From Candidatus Adlerbacteria bacterium (GTDB taxonomy: Bacteria; Patescibacteriota; Minisyncoccia; Phycocordibacterales; SBAW01): 64,000 bases of DNA. Shown in pieces: positions 1 through 10,007 of this stretch (position 1 is its first letter; each line of letters starts with the position of its first letter). The translations under genes were made by a program, and so were the position numbers. A model generated the notes under the pieces. That model saw only the letters and a program-made list of their open reading frames with translations, was not told the origin of the DNA and searched no databases. The stretch spans positions 19,178-83,177 of the forward strand of contig CAVVLG010000002.1 of the NCBI GenBank assembly GCA_963749085.1. The letters run 5' to 3'.

Positions 1-505
1 GCTCTGCAATGCCTTCGCCCGTTTTACTCGATACCGCGACGTAGGGTACCTCGCCACCCATACCCTCTAAGTACACATTGTGCTCAAGGAGCGAGAGCTT
101 TGTGCGTTCGACGTTTGCCGAGGGCTTGTCTATTTTCGTGAGTGCGACGATATAGGGAATGTCTCTCTCGCCAAGCAACTTCAAGGCTTCCAGAGTTTGT
201 GGCTTGACCCCGTCTTCGGCGGAGACGACCAATACGGCGACGTCAGCGACTTCAAGGCCCCGCATTCGCATTGCTTTGAATGCCTCATGCCCCGGCGTAT
301 CGAGGAACGTTATCGCATGCGTTCCGCCCGCATTCGTGTGTGTCGCTTCATACGCCGAAAGGTGTTGAGTGATGCCGCCGGCCTCGCCCTCGGCCACGTG
401 CGTTTTGCGGATATAGTCGAGCAGGGTCGATTTGCCGTGGTCGATATGTCCCACGACGGCAACGATGGGCGGCCTCCCGGCCCCTATGGATTCCTCTTTG
501 TTCAT
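1..505 (-). CDS. infB: Translation initiation factor IF-2, partial (N-terminal portion; runs off the window start)
   Basis: The minus-strand translation starts at 505 with [35 protein letters not shown]...[19 protein letters not shown]. This is the G1 GHxDHGKT P-loop and the DTPGHEAF G3 motif of the IF-2 G domain. There is no stop before coordinate 1. Confidence 0.8.
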   Translation of the reverse strand, partial: MNKEESIGAGRPPIVAVVGHIDHGKSTLLDYIRKTHVAEGEAGGITQHLSAYEATHTNAGGTHAITFLDTPGHEAFKAMRMRGLEVADVAVLVVSAEDGVKPQTLEALKLLGERDIPYIVALTKIDKPSANVERTKLSLLEHNVYLEGMGGEVPYVAVSSKTGEGIAE

Positions 506-510
506 AAGCC

Positions 511-1041
511 TTATTTCTTTTTGTGGGATGCAATGGATTCTTTCGCTTTTTGTATGACTTGTCGCTCCTCGTTTGAAAGCTCGAACGTCGAGCGCCCCCC
601 TTCAAGGGGCTTCCCATAGACGCCGACCCGGTCGCGCGCGTAGAGGGTGGAGAGTACCACGCCGCTCCCGTATTCATCAAGAAACGCTGCGGAGAAGCTC
701 TGGTTGCCGCCCTGTCCTTCTCCCGAGAACGGATTGAAGCGCACTATCCCCACACCCTGCACGCTTCCGCGCAGTCGCATCTCCGAGAGCTTAAGATATT
801 TTTCAATTTCGCCGCGAAACTCCCGCATCTCCTTCATCTCGCGCGAAAGGACGTTGAGCGTCTCCTCAAGCGAGCCACTTCTTCCCATAAGCAGGCGATT
901 GAGTCGGCGCTCAAGGACGAATAGTAAGAGAAGAGCCAGAAGGGAGAAAATCAACGCTCCAACGACTAGATAGGGTACGGCACGCGTAAGGTACACGCTC
1001 ATATGGGAAAAGATATCTACTATGGAAGATGAGAGCTGCAT
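511..1041 (-). CDS. DUF4446-like membrane-anchored protein (N-terminal TM helix and a conserved C-terminal domain)
   Basis: ORF with an N-terminal hydrophobic helix followed by ...RFNPFSGEGQGGNQSFSAAFLDEYGSGVVLS..., which resembles the DUF4446 family. It lies immediately upstream of infB on the same strand. Confidence 0.55.
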   Translation of the reverse strand: MQLSSSIVDIFSHMSVYLTRAVPYLVVGALIFSLLALLLLFVLERRLNRLLMGRSGSLEETLNVLSREMKEMREFRGEIEKYLKLSEMRLRGSVQGVGIVRFNPFSGEGQGGNQSFSAAFLDEYGSGVVLSTLYARDRVGVYGKPLEGGRSTFELSNEERQVIQKAKESIASHKKK

Positions 1042-1064
1042 AGGAATGTACTATTATATACCAC

Positions 1065-2234
1065 ATGAGGAGATTGTATGCCGACGCAGCGGCCGCCACG
1101 CCGCTTTCGAGGCGCGCGCGGCAAGAATTGCTGCGGCTGCTTGACCTCTACGGCAACGCCGGGGCGCTGCACTACGAGGGAGTCGAGGCAAAAAAGGAAC
1201 TTGAGACTGCGCGCGCTTCTGTAGCGAGAAGCATCGGTGCTCATGCGGATGAAATAGTATTCACCTCAAGCGGTACCGAAGGCAATAACCTCGCCATCCA
1301 AGGGGTGCTACGGCCACTGCTCCACACATACGGCGGCTTGCACGCGATAACGTGCGCGATTGAGCATCAATCCGTGCTGGAGCCTCTGCGCGCATTGCAG
1401 CGCGAAGGTCTCACGCTGACCGAGATGGAAGTCGACACCGAAGGCCTCGTCTCCCCGAAGGCGCTTGCTGAAGCGATAACCGACAAAACCGTTTTCGTTT
1501 CTATTCAACTGATGAATAGCGAAGTGGGGACGATAGAGCCACTGCATGATATCGCCAGGGGAATACGAAAGAAAAGAATTGGGCGATCATTACCGATTTA
1601 TTTCCATACTGATGCGTCACAGGCACTGCTCTGGGTTGATACAAAGGTAGATACTCTCGGCATTGACCTCATGACGCTTGACGCGCAAAAAGTACTTGGT
1701 CCCAAAGGAGTAGGGTGTCTCTATGTGCGGCGGGGTAGTGACATAGAGCCGGTGTTGTGGGGCGGAGCGCAAGAGCGGGGACTGCGCGGCGGAACGCCCA
1801 ATGTGCCGCTGATTGGTAGTTTTGCACTGGCGCTTGCCGATGCTCAAGCGACCGTACAGAAGAGAGCACAGAAAGTTTCTGAGATTCGGGATATGTGTAT
1901 TAAAGGGGTAATGGAACGCATACCTGATGCAATACTCAACGGTCCCTCGACCGCACACCGAGCTCCTAACAACGTAAATGTATCCATACCCGGGCTTGAA
2001 GCGCAGATGGCGGTTATTGCCCTTGACGCCGAAGGCATCGCCGCCTCGACCAGAAGTGCCTGCAACATCGGGGAAGAAGAACCTTCCCATGTCATTGAGG
2101 CGCTTGGCGTGCCGCGCGAATTAGCCGGCACGGCTATACGTCTTACCTTCCTGCCCGATGTATCAAGGGGTGATGCGAGACGCGTTGCGGAGACACTCGA
2201 AAAAGTTGCGCACCGGTATAGAAATATGGCATAA
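1065..2234 (+). CDS. Cysteine desulfurase (NifS/IscS-type, class V aminotransferase)
   Basis: MRRLYADAAAATPL...IVFTSSGTEGNNLAIQG... and the overall layout are typical of NifS/IscS. Confidence 0.85.
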   Translation: MRRLYADAAAATPLSRRARQELLRLLDLYGNAGALHYEGVEAKKELETARASVARSIGAHADEIVFTSSGTEGNNLAIQGVLRPLLHTYGGLHAITCAIEHQSVLEPLRALQREGLTLTEMEVDTEGLVSPKALAEAITDKTVFVSIQLMNSEVGTIEPLHDIARGIRKKRIGRSLPIYFHTDASQALLWVDTKVDTLGIDLMTLDAQKVLGPKGVGCLYVRRGSDIEPVLWGGAQERGLRGGTPNVPLIGSFALALADAQATVQKRAQKVSEIRDMCIKGVMERIPDAILNGPSTAHRAPNNVNVSIPGLEAQMAVIALDAEGIAASTRSACNIGEEEPSHVIEALGVPRELAGTAIRLTFLPDVSRGDARRVAETLEKVAHRYRNMA

Positions 2235-2245
2235 TAAAGGCACCT

Positions 2246-3049
2246 ATGGATCTGGAGCAGCTGACCAAGCATCAAATAGTCCTCCTGACGCTCTTGGTGA
2301 GCTTTGTCACCTCCATAGCGACTGGCATCGTGACCGTCTCGCTCCTGAGCCAAGCACCCCCGGGTGTTACCCGTACCATAAATCAAATAGTAGAGCGTAC
2401 CGTACAGGAAGTAACGCCGCCAACCCAGGGCGCCACACCCGTCACTACAGTGAAGACGGTCGTCGTCCAAAATGACGATCTAGTCGCGCAATCCATTGCA
2501 ACTATGCAAAAAAGCATCATTTATATCGTCGCAAAAGGAGGCACGGACTTGATTGCGCGCGGCATTATTATCGACAACAAAGGTACCGCGCTTACTGACA
2601 GCGCGGCCGTCATCGATTCGCCAGCGACCAGCTTCGAGGCATTGCTTGAAGACGGCGAGCGCCTGGCGGTCACTATTCCTTCAGGACAATCGACCACGAC
2701 ACCTATTCTCACCATTGATGTTGCAGTGGGTACTTCGACCGGCTTTATTCCGGCGGCGCTCGCCGACCAGAGCCAGCTGGGTCTCGGACAAAGCGTTGTT
2801 CGCATAGGGGGCGTCGGAAACGATGTGGTGGGAGAAGGGGTTATCGCCTCGCTCCCAAATCCTAAAAGCGGCGTCATACAGACTACTGTTTCTTCCGAGA
2901 CACCAGGCTCGATCGTTATGACGCTCTTCGGCGAGGCCATTGGCATCACGACCAGCGACTCTTTGCTAAGTGGTGATGAGTACTATACGCTGCTCCCTCA
3001 GACATCCACAACAACGACGCCTGAAACAAATTCGTCATCCGGTTCGTAA
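2246..3049 (+). CDS. Membrane-anchored protein with a degenerate trypsin/HtrA-like segment (probable pseudo-protease)
   Basis: N-terminal TM helix. The segment ARGIIIDNKGTALTDSAAV resembles the HtrA GSGxIIxxdGyILTNxHVV motif but has D in place of the catalytic His. Thr/Ser-rich tail. Confidence 0.45.
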   Translation: MDLEQLTKHQIVLLTLLVSFVTSIATGIVTVSLLSQAPPGVTRTINQIVERTVQEVTPPTQGATPVTTVKTVVVQNDDLVAQSIATMQKSIIYIVAKGGTDLIARGIIIDNKGTALTDSAAVIDSPATSFEALLEDGERLAVTIPSGQSTTTPILTIDVAVGTSTGFIPAALADQSQLGLGQSVVRIGGVGNDVVGEGVIASLPNPKSGVIQTTVSSETPGSIVMTLFGEAIGITTSDSLLSGDEYYTLLPQTSTTTTPETNSSSGS

Positions 3050-3060
3050 TATAACTATCT

Positions 3061-5751
3061 ATGCCCCCATTCAATCATTTCACCACTAAAGCAAAAGAAG
3101 CCGTGAGGCGTGCGCATGAACTCGCAGTTGAGCGCGGCCAAAACCAGGTAAGCCCGACACACCTTCTCGGGGCACTTTTGCTGCAAGAGGAATCGCTGGT
3201 CACCTCGGTGCTGGAGAAGCTTGAGGTTGATGTCATTTTGCTTACCGATACCGTGCTCGAAGCGCTCGAAGGCACCCCAGGAGGATCGGTTCTTTCTCCA
3301 TCCTACCAGCTGTATTTGACTCCCGAGCTGGTACAGGCGCTTGAGCGCAGCGCCAAAGTGGCGACCGAACTTCACGACGAATTCGTCTCAACCGAACATC
3401 TCTTTATTGCCATCCTCGACGTGCAGGGCGCCGCGCGCGATCTTTTGAGTCGTTTCCGCATCACGCGCGAGGCGATATTGCGAGCACTCGGAGAACTGCG
3501 CTCAACCAAAACAGCCGCAGCTACCGAGTCAAAAAAGTTCCGCGCTCTGCCGAAATACACCCGCTCTCTCACCAAAGCAGCGCTTGAGAATAAGCTCGAT
3601 CCGGTCATTGGCCGCGACGAGGAAATTCAACGCGTCATCCAGATACTCAGCCGCCGCACCAAAAATAATCCTATTCTCATTGGCGAAGCCGGCGTGGGGA
3701 AGACCGCCATAGCAGAGGGACTCGCCTCCCGCATCGCCATGGGCGATGTGCCGGAATCGCTTAAAGATAAAGATCTCGTATCGCTTGATCTCGGCGCCTT
3801 GATAGCCGGTACCAAGTACCGCGGCGAATTCGAGGAACGCCTCAAGGCCATCATGAAGGAGATAGAACGATCCGACGGCAAGATCCTTCTTTTTATCGAC
3901 GAGATTCATACCATGATAGGCGCCGGCGCTGCGGAGGGCGCCATGGACGCAAGCAATATGCTCAAACCGGCTCTGGCGCGCGGCGATCTTCACGTCATAG
4001 GCGCCACGACTCTCAAGGAATATCAAAGGCACATTGAGCGCGACCCGGCGTTCCAACGGCGCTTCCAGCCAGTCTACGTGCTTGAGCCGTCAGTTGAGGA
4101 CGCAGTATCAATTCTGCGCGGTCTCAAAGAGAAATACGAACTGTTCCATGGAGTCCATATCACCGACGACGCTATCGTGTCGGCGGTGCAGTTGAGTGCC
4201 CGTTACATCCCCGACCGATTTTTGCCGGACAAGGCGATAGACCTCATTGACGAAGCCTCTTCTTCTTTGCGCATTTCGCTGGAGAATAAGCCGCCGGTGC
4301 TTGAGGATGCACATCGCAGAATCATGCGTCTTGAAGTCGAGAAGGAAGCTCTCCGCAAAGAGGCACAGGGAGAAGACCGTACCGCTAAGGCGCGCACTAA
4401 GGAGATAGAGCGCGATATAGCAGAGCTTAAGGAAAAAACATCCGAGATTGAGATGCGCTGGAAGAATGAGAAGCAGGTGTTGGGTGATATTAAGTCGATA
4501 AAGAAAGAACTTGAGAGTCTACGGCTCGAGGCCGATTCGGCCGAATCAGCCGTCGATCTGTCCCGCGCGGCTGAAATACGCTACGGAGAAATTCCCTCGC
4601 TTGAACGCGAGTTGGAACAAAAGACCAAGCGACTCAAAAAACTCCAAAGCACCCGCCGCATTCTCAAAGAAGAAATAAACGAGAGTGACATCGCTTCAGT
4701 CGTTTCAAAATGGACGAGTATCCCTGTTTCCCGAATGCTTGAGGAGGAAGCAGAGAAATTGTCCCGCATTGAAGGAGAACTTGAAAAGCGGGTGGTTGGC
4801 CAGCGCGAGGCGGTACAAAAAGTATCCGACGCGGTGAAGCGCAGTCGCGCAGGCATAGCCGATCCCAATCGACCCATTGCCTCCTTTATGTTTCTCGGGC
4901 CAACCGGAGTGGGGAAGACCGAACTCACGCGTGCGCTGGCGGAATTTATGTTTGACGATGAAAAGGCGCTCATACGCGTTGACATGTCGGAATATATGGA
5001 GAAGCACTCCGTCAGCAAAATAATAGGAGCGCCACCTGGCTATGTGGGACACGAAGAGGGCGGGGCATTGACTGAGCTAGTTCGCCACCGCCCGTACGCG
5101 GTGCTTCTCTTCGATGAGATTGAGAAAGCACATCCAGAAGTATTCAACATTCTCCTCCAAGTTCTCGACAATGGATATCTAACCGACGCCAAGGGGCGCA
5201 AGGTAAATTTCCGCAACACGGTTATCATCATGACGAGCAATATCGGCGCGCAATATATCGATAAAATGGAGCAAATAGGATTCTCCGCGCACGGTGGCAC
5301 TGATGCGAGCAACTATATTATGGCTAAAGAGCGTGTGGAACAATCTCTCAAGGACTACTTCAGGCCAGAATTCCTCAACCGTATCGATGAAATAATCATC
5401 TTCAATATTCTCTCGCCCGAGGCCGTCAAAGAAATCGTCGGCATTCAGATCAAAGAAGTGACGGCACGCCTCACGGCAAAAGATATCACACTTACTATCA
5501 TGCCGGCAGTCTATGAGTATCTTTCCAAGGAAGGTTACAATCCACGCTATGGAGCTCGTCCCTTGCGCCGACTGATACAGGATAAAATTCTCACCAAAAT
5601 AGCCAGCCTTATGGTTTCGCGCGGCATACTTCAGGGGGGCAGCGTTATCGTCGATATGCACAAAGGCGAGTTCTCGTTTGATGTTAAAAAAGGAAGGAAA
5701 GGGATGAAAGTCACGCCGAGCGTTGCGGCCGAAGAAAAAGTCGGGGCCTAG
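3061..5751 (+). CDS. clpB: ATP-dependent chaperone ClpB (Clp_N domain, two AAA+ modules, long coiled-coil M domain)
   Basis: Clp N-terminal repeats. Walker A GEAGVGKT and GPTGVGKT. A long coiled-coil middle domain between NBD1 and NBD2. 896 aa. Confidence 0.9.
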   Translation: MPPFNHFTTKAKEAVRRAHELAVERGQNQVSPTHLLGALLLQEESLVTSVLEKLEVDVILLTDTVLEALEGTPGGSVLSPSYQLYLTPELVQALERSAKVATELHDEFVSTEHLFIAILDVQGAARDLLSRFRITREAILRALGELRSTKTAAATESKKFRALPKYTRSLTKAALENKLDPVIGRDEEIQRVIQILSRRTKNNPILIGEAGVGKTAIAEGLASRIAMGDVPESLKDKDLVSLDLGALIAGTKYRGEFEERLKAIMKEIERSDGKILLFIDEIHTMIGAGAAEGAMDASNMLKPALARGDLHVIGATTLKEYQRHIERDPAFQRRFQPVYVLEPSVEDAVSILRGLKEKYELFHGVHITDDAIVSAVQLSARYIPDRFLPDKAIDLIDEASSSLRISLENKPPVLEDAHRRIMRLEVEKEALRKEAQGEDRTAKARTKEIERDIAELKEKTSEIEMRWKNEKQVLGDIKSIKKELESLRLEADSAESAVDLSRAAEIRYGEIPSLERELEQKTKRLKKLQSTRRILKEEINESDIASVVSKWTSIPVSRMLEEEAEKLSRIEGELEKRVVGQREAVQKVSDAVKRSRAGIADPNRPIASFMFLGPTGVGKTELTRALAEFMFDDEKALIRVDMSEYMEKHSVSKIIGAPPGYVGHEEGGALTELVRHRPYAVLLFDEIEKAHPEVFNILLQVLDNGYLTDAKGRKVNFRNTVIIMTSNIGAQYIDKMEQIGFSAHGGTDASNYIMAKERVEQSLKDYFRPEFLNRIDEIIIFNILSPEAVKEIVGIQIKEVTARLTAKDITLTIMPAVYEYLSKEGYNPRYGARPLRRLIQDKILTKIASLMVSRGILQGGSVIVDMHKGEFSFDVKKGRKGMKVTPSVAAEEKVGA

Positions 5752-5795
5752 AAATATCTCTTTAAATAAGGTATTTTGTAGAGGTTCTCCTCTAT

Positions 5796-5882
5796 GCGTC
5801 GGTGGCAGAGTGGTCAATTGCAATTGGCTGTAAACCAATCGCCCTTGCGGCTACGTAGGTTCGAATCCTACCCGGCGCACCA
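5796..5882 (+). tRNA. tRNA-Tyr (anticodon GTA), long variable arm, CCA encoded
   Basis: Acceptor GCGTCGG/CCGGCGC. Anticodon stem ATTGG/CCAAT with loop CTGTAAA. Long variable arm. T-loop TTCGAAT. Ends ACCA. Confidence 0.85.
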
Positions 5883-5926
5883 ATCTTGTTATTTAAGGAA
5901 CAACCCAAAAATTGGGTGTTATTATC

Positions 5927-7780
5927 ATGCATATGAAGAGACTTTGGCGCTTCGCTGCGTTGCCTCTTGTGGTTTTTTATTTGTTTACACCACTATTGGC
6001 GTTGGCACAAACTACTCAAGGCGCTGTCTCTATCGTCCCAGTCGTTGAGCCACAGGGCGGTAATGCCTATAGCGGAACCAATGCACCAGTCGTGGCGATT
6101 GGACTTTCCAATACTGGCTTAAACAACGCTCTGATTAATTCAATTGTCCTTGGAGAACAGGGCTCGGCACCCAAGACCATTTTTACCGGATTTTCAATCG
6201 AAACTGCCTCGGGAACTCTTCTCGGTTCCTCTTCAGGTGGTCTTGGTACTGATAGCACGGTGATGGTTCCTGTGTCTTCGACCATTGTAGCAGGCTCGCA
6301 GGAAATATTTGTCGCGTATGCTTCAATCGCGAATAATGTTTCTCCCGCACTTGGAAGCAGTTTTACGTTTTCGGTGGTCGCGGTCAACTCTTCAGCAACA
6401 GTCGCCGGAGCTCTGCCTGTGAGTGGCGGCCAGTACGTCATAACGAGCGGCACGCCACCGCCCACCTGCATCATGAATGTCAATCCGGGGATCATTTCCG
6501 TCGGTGGGGCAATAACCTTAAGCTGGCAGAGTGCTAACGCAACTGGGGGCACTATTACAAGTGTAGGATCAGTCGGTCCTTCGGGATCTATAAATCTACT
6601 ACCATCTTCAGCGTCTTACACGACCTTTGTCGGCACGTTCACTGGGCCATCCGGAGTTACAGTGTCTTGTCAGGCTACAGTCCAAGTTAACAGCTCGAGC
6701 GGCATTATCACAGGTACCACACCGGCCTCAACGCCCGCACCTGCAACACCAGCCGCCTCCACGCCATCGTCTAGTGGTTCCTTGGTGCCTTGTGGGGCCG
6801 GCAACGGTACGCCCGGGAGCGGTGATGTCATAGGAATAAATCAAACCAACTCGACCGGATGCTCGGCTTGCGACTTGGGGTATCTTGTCGAAAATATTAT
6901 TACTCTTCTCATCGGACTCTCCATACCCATTGCCGCCGGCCTCTTCGCTTGGGCCGGTGTACTGTATTTCACCTCAGGCGCAAATCCGGGAAATATCGAA
7001 AAAGCAAAAAGCATATTTAGAAATGCATTGGTCGGTTTCCTTATCGCGATTACTGCGTGGTTGGTCATCAACACACTTCTGCAGACGCTCCTTGCTGGCA
7101 GTCCCACCATTCCGCAGGGCAGCTGGTTCACGATACAGTGTAATAGGAGTGGACGCGCGGTCAGCGGCACTATACAAACTCTCTTAAATTCATTGCCGAT
7201 TGTGAGCACGACTCAACCTGTGGGCACTTCCTATACCTGTCCAAGCAACTATACGCTTCTTGGAGCTGGGAACACATGTATAGATAATACTAATGGAGAC
7301 ATAATAAACGCAACGCCAATAACAAGTGGGAGTGGAGGGCCTGTTACCCAATGCACAAATTCAAATTGCAGTGTATCAAGCTTGCAATCAAATGGAATGA
7401 GTTCGAATGTAGCGAGCGTCATGTCTTGCATTGCCCAGACCGAAAATCCTAGCGGAAGCTTGTGTAATGGCAACGCATGCGGGACATTCCAGATAATGTT
7501 GTCACTCAATCCACTTAGTGGGTCGGCATGTTCACCATATCCAGTGACTAATTGTACTGGTCCCTCACAGTGTAATGCAGTTGGTAGCACAGCACAAAAT
7601 CTAAACTCGGCCGCGTGTCAGACTTGCCTAGCGAGTGAACAAAAAGCTGCGCTTAACCCTCAATGCAATGCACAATCGGCGAATGCTCTTGTCCAGCAGT
7701 CTGGTTATAGCTCCTGGACTTGCCCCGGTTGTAATTCGAATGCTCAAGCATGTGTAAGCACATACGGCTCCAGTAATTGA
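5927..7780 (+). CDS. Large secreted/membrane protein: signal peptide, Ig-like repeats, a VirB2/TrbC-pilin-like hydrophobic hairpin, and a 17-Cys C-terminal domain
   Basis: Signal peptide MHMKRLWRFAALPLVVFYLFTPLLALAQT. Two hydrophobic helices, IAAGLFAWAGVLYF and FLIAITAWLVINTLL, separated by GANPGNIEKAKS. 17 Cys in the last ~215 aa. The start may be the TTG at 5912 or the ATG at 5927/5933. Confidence 0.6.
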   Translation: MHMKRLWRFAALPLVVFYLFTPLLALAQTTQGAVSIVPVVEPQGGNAYSGTNAPVVAIGLSNTGLNNALINSIVLGEQGSAPKTIFTGFSIETASGTLLGSSSGGLGTDSTVMVPVSSTIVAGSQEIFVAYASIANNVSPALGSSFTFSVVAVNSSATVAGALPVSGGQYVITSGTPPPTCIMNVNPGIISVGGAITLSWQSANATGGTITSVGSVGPSGSINLLPSSASYTTFVGTFTGPSGVTVSCQATVQVNSSSGIITGTTPASTPAPATPAASTPSSSGSLVPCGAGNGTPGSGDVIGINQTNSTGCSACDLGYLVENIITLLIGLSIPIAAGLFAWAGVLYFTSGANPGNIEKAKSIFRNALVGFLIAITAWLVINTLLQTLLAGSPTIPQGSWFTIQCNRSGRAVSGTIQTLLNSLPIVSTTQPVGTSYTCPSNYTLLGAGNTCIDNTNGDIINATPITSGSGGPVTQCTNSNCSVSSLQSNGMSSNVASVMSCIAQTENPSGSLCNGNACGTFQIMLSLNPLSGSACSPYPVTNCTGPSQCNAVGSTAQNLNSAACQTCLASEQKAALNPQCNAQSANALVQQSGYSSWTCPGCNSNAQACVSTYGSSN

Positions 7781-7823
7781 TAAGAGTTTGCGCAAAAAAT
7801 CTATATAGAGTAGAGTCTTTGGT

Positions 7824-7978
7824 ATGTCACAGGATCGACTCATTATCCTTAAACACGCTGCCACGGGCGAGGTGTATTGGACAAGCAAAAATAAGAAAAA
7901 AGTGGAGCGCAAGATAGAGCTCAAGAAATACAGCAAAAAGCTGCGCAAGCACGTTATTTTCAAGGAAGCGAAGAAATA
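7824..7978 (+). CDS. rpmG: 50S ribosomal protein L33
   Basis: A 51-aa ORF absent from the track (under 60 aa): MSQDRLIILKHAATGEVYWTSKNKKKVERKIELKKYSKKLRKHVIFKEAKK. The YxTxKNKRN...LELKKYDPxxRKHVxFKE pattern identifies L33. Confidence 0.8.
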
Positions 7979-7985
7979 AGTCGGC

Positions 7986-8056
7986 GGGCGCTGAGGGAAT
8001 CGAACCCCCGACGGCGGTTTTGGAGACCGCAGTTATACCATTTAACTAAGCGCCCA
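7986..8056 (-). tRNA. tRNA-Trp (anticodon CCA), no encoded CCA
   Basis: The reverse complement gives GGGCGCT...GCGGT-CTCCAAA-ACCGC...GGGGGTTCGATTCCCTC-AGCGCCC-G. This is a complete cloverleaf with anticodon CCA. Confidence 0.8.
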
Positions 8057-8068
8057 ATATGCGCTATC

Positions 8069-9022
8069 TTAGCCCGAAATAAACTTTTTTGCGAGCGAGA
8101 GCGCCTCTTTTTTGTCTTTAATCCAATATATATTTTTATTGTGTTTAAACCATCGATATTGCCGCTTGGCATAGCGGTTTATCTCCCGCTCAAGCTCTAT
8201 CTCAAACTGTGCTTGAGTCAGTTTATGTTGCAATAAAAAAGAAAGAAAACGGTATTCAAGTCCAAGCTCGCGCATACGTTTGTAGGAGAGACTCTCGCGG
8301 TGCAGCTCCTTAGCTTCACTTATCATGCCTGCCTTTATACGTACGCGTAGCCGCCTATGAATATTTCTGCGGAGTTTCTCAGAGGAGGGAGAGAGTCCGA
8401 GCCAGAGGATTTCATATTTCTCCTTGGTTTTTGGAAGGGGATTTTTGCCAATCGCTTTTGCTATTTCAATAGCTCGGATAAGTCGGCGCTTGTGCTCTGG
8501 CTCGATAGTCTTTGCTCGCCGAGGATCTAGTTTTTTGAGTTGTGTGAACAATTGTTTTGCAGAATAACGCTCTAGCCGCTTGCGCAAGGGCATATTCGGC
8601 GGCGCGTTCGGGAGCATAAGTCGTCCTAGCAAGACGTCTACATACAGACCCGTGCCGCCGACGAGAATAGGAAGGTGGCCATTTTGCTGTATGAGCATAA
8701 TTGCTTTTTCTCCCAGCTTTAAAAAGTCATCTGCACTGAATTGTTTCTTAGGGGAAACGACATCAAGCAAGTGGTGAGGAACGCCCTGCATTTCTTTTTT
8801 CGTCACCTTACCGGTACCAATATTAAGCCCTGTGTATACTTGTCTTGAATCGGCCGAAATAATCTCCCCATGCAATTTTTTGGCAAGCCAAATGCCCAAG
8901 GCGCTTTTGCCCGAGCTGGTCGGTCCCACGATACAGAGTATTTTGGTTCTACCCACAAAATGAATGTACAAACTTTTATGTGAAAAAGAAAGCACGGCAG
9001 TCAGCCGTGCTCTTTGCGCCAT
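8069..9022 (-). CDS. miaA: tRNA dimethylallyltransferase MiaA (true start probably internal, near 8960)
   Basis: ILCIVGPTSSGKSALGIWLAKKLHGEIISADSRQVYTGLNIGTGKV...HHLLDV are MiaA P-loop and signature motifs. The ORF start overlaps the neighbouring gene, so a GTG/TTG start near VGRTKIL is likely. Confidence 0.8.
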   Translation of the reverse strand: MAQRARLTAVLSFSHKSLYIHFVGRTKILCIVGPTSSGKSALGIWLAKKLHGEIISADSRQVYTGLNIGTGKVTKKEMQGVPHHLLDVVSPKKQFSADDFLKLGEKAIMLIQQNGHLPILVGGTGLYVDVLLGRLMLPNAPPNMPLRKRLERYSAKQLFTQLKKLDPRRAKTIEPEHKRRLIRAIEIAKAIGKNPLPKTKEKYEILWLGLSPSSEKLRRNIHRRLRVRIKAGMISEAKELHRESLSYKRMRELGLEYRFLSFLLQHKLTQAQFEIELEREINRYAKRQYRWFKHNKNIYWIKDKKEALSLAKKFISG

Positions 9023-9783
9023 GTGATGATGCGCCAGTCCATCTCGTCGTAACGCTCTCGAGGCCAGAGGCCGCAGTGTACATATGCCGCCATCACGTCA
9101 CGCATAATGAATCTAGTGTGCACGTTATCGTAACCGGCTCGCTGGAGAGCCTCAGTACCGCCGAGCTCCCAATCGGCAAAGACAACGTGATGCATCTCGC
9201 GCGTGGGATAGCCCGCGCTCTCCAGATTGCCGAACGCTTCCAGCATCGCTTTGGCGGTTGAGATGATATTCTCGACCGTCATATAGCTATGTCGGAGCAG
9301 GTCGGGTCGATCAATGAGCGTTTGATCCCTGCCATGGTTCTTGGGCGCCGTTTGCATGAAGCTGAAGCACGTCTCTCTATTTACGAGATCCAAGCCGCGA
9401 ACAATGTACTCATTTACCGACAGCTGAGACACGCCTTGGGCGAGTTGATAGCCTGCCGTTGGGATGCCTATGAGACACCGTTGCTTTCCGTGCGTAAGTG
9501 GAAGCGTGTCCACCTTATCCTTAATGGCTGTGCACACTCGAAGCAATAGCAGCGGATTCAGCGCGAGATCGTTGCGCATTCGCACATATACATGGGATTT
9601 GAATCCGGAGTTGAAGGTTATTTCCTCATTGCTCCATGCGATAGTACCGTTCAGTTCCAGATCGTTAAGCAGCGACATGTCGGCGCGACTCAACATTCTT
9701 CCTGACGGTCCGCGAAATGACTTGCCAACGGATTCTTTCATAGCAGACCCCTGTGTTGCGGATGGTTCTACTCCGCGAGACAC
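9001..9783 (-). CDS. Orotate phosphoribosyltransferase-like (type I PRTase fold) protein with a degenerate PRPP-binding motif
   Basis: EITFNSGFKSHVYVRMRNDL parallels the OPRTase EFTLKSGRKSPYFFN..GRDL. LIGIPTAGYQLAQGVS parallels the GIP loop. The PRPP-loop position reads VENIISTAKAM where VDDVITTGGT is expected, so the acidic pair is lost. Confidence 0.4.
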   Translation of the reverse strand: MSRGVEPSATQGSAMKESVGKSFRGPSGRMLSRADMSLLNDLELNGTIAWSNEEITFNSGFKSHVYVRMRNDLALNPLLLLRVCTAIKDKVDTLPLTHGKQRCLIGIPTAGYQLAQGVSQLSVNEYIVRGLDLVNRETCFSFMQTAPKNHGRDQTLIDRPDLLRHSYMTVENIISTAKAMLEAFGNLESAGYPTREMHHVVFADWELGGTEALQRAGYDNVHTRFIMRDVMAAYVHCGLWPRERYDEMDWRIITWRKEHG

Positions 9784-10007
9784 TCTAACAAATTGTTATA
9801 AAAAAGAAAGCGCCCAACAGAAGTTAGACACGTTTTACATGGTAGTTGTCCCGACAGAGGTTGTTACAAAAAAGATTTTCCTGTTTGTCTTTACAATGCT
9901 CTCGACGGCCTGTTAGTTTTTGACCGTACTGGGTGCTGGCAGGTCCCCCAAAATTTTCTCACCAAGTGAACGGGCATTACTAAGCTCGTAATACACTAGA
10001 ACCAGTC

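Noticed and set aside
3529-5838. Several 80-220-aa minus-strand ORFs inside clpB (3529..4056, 4581..5018, 5179..5838)
   Set aside because: Antisense to clpB, whose AAA+ motifs are unambiguous. They have no independent start signals.
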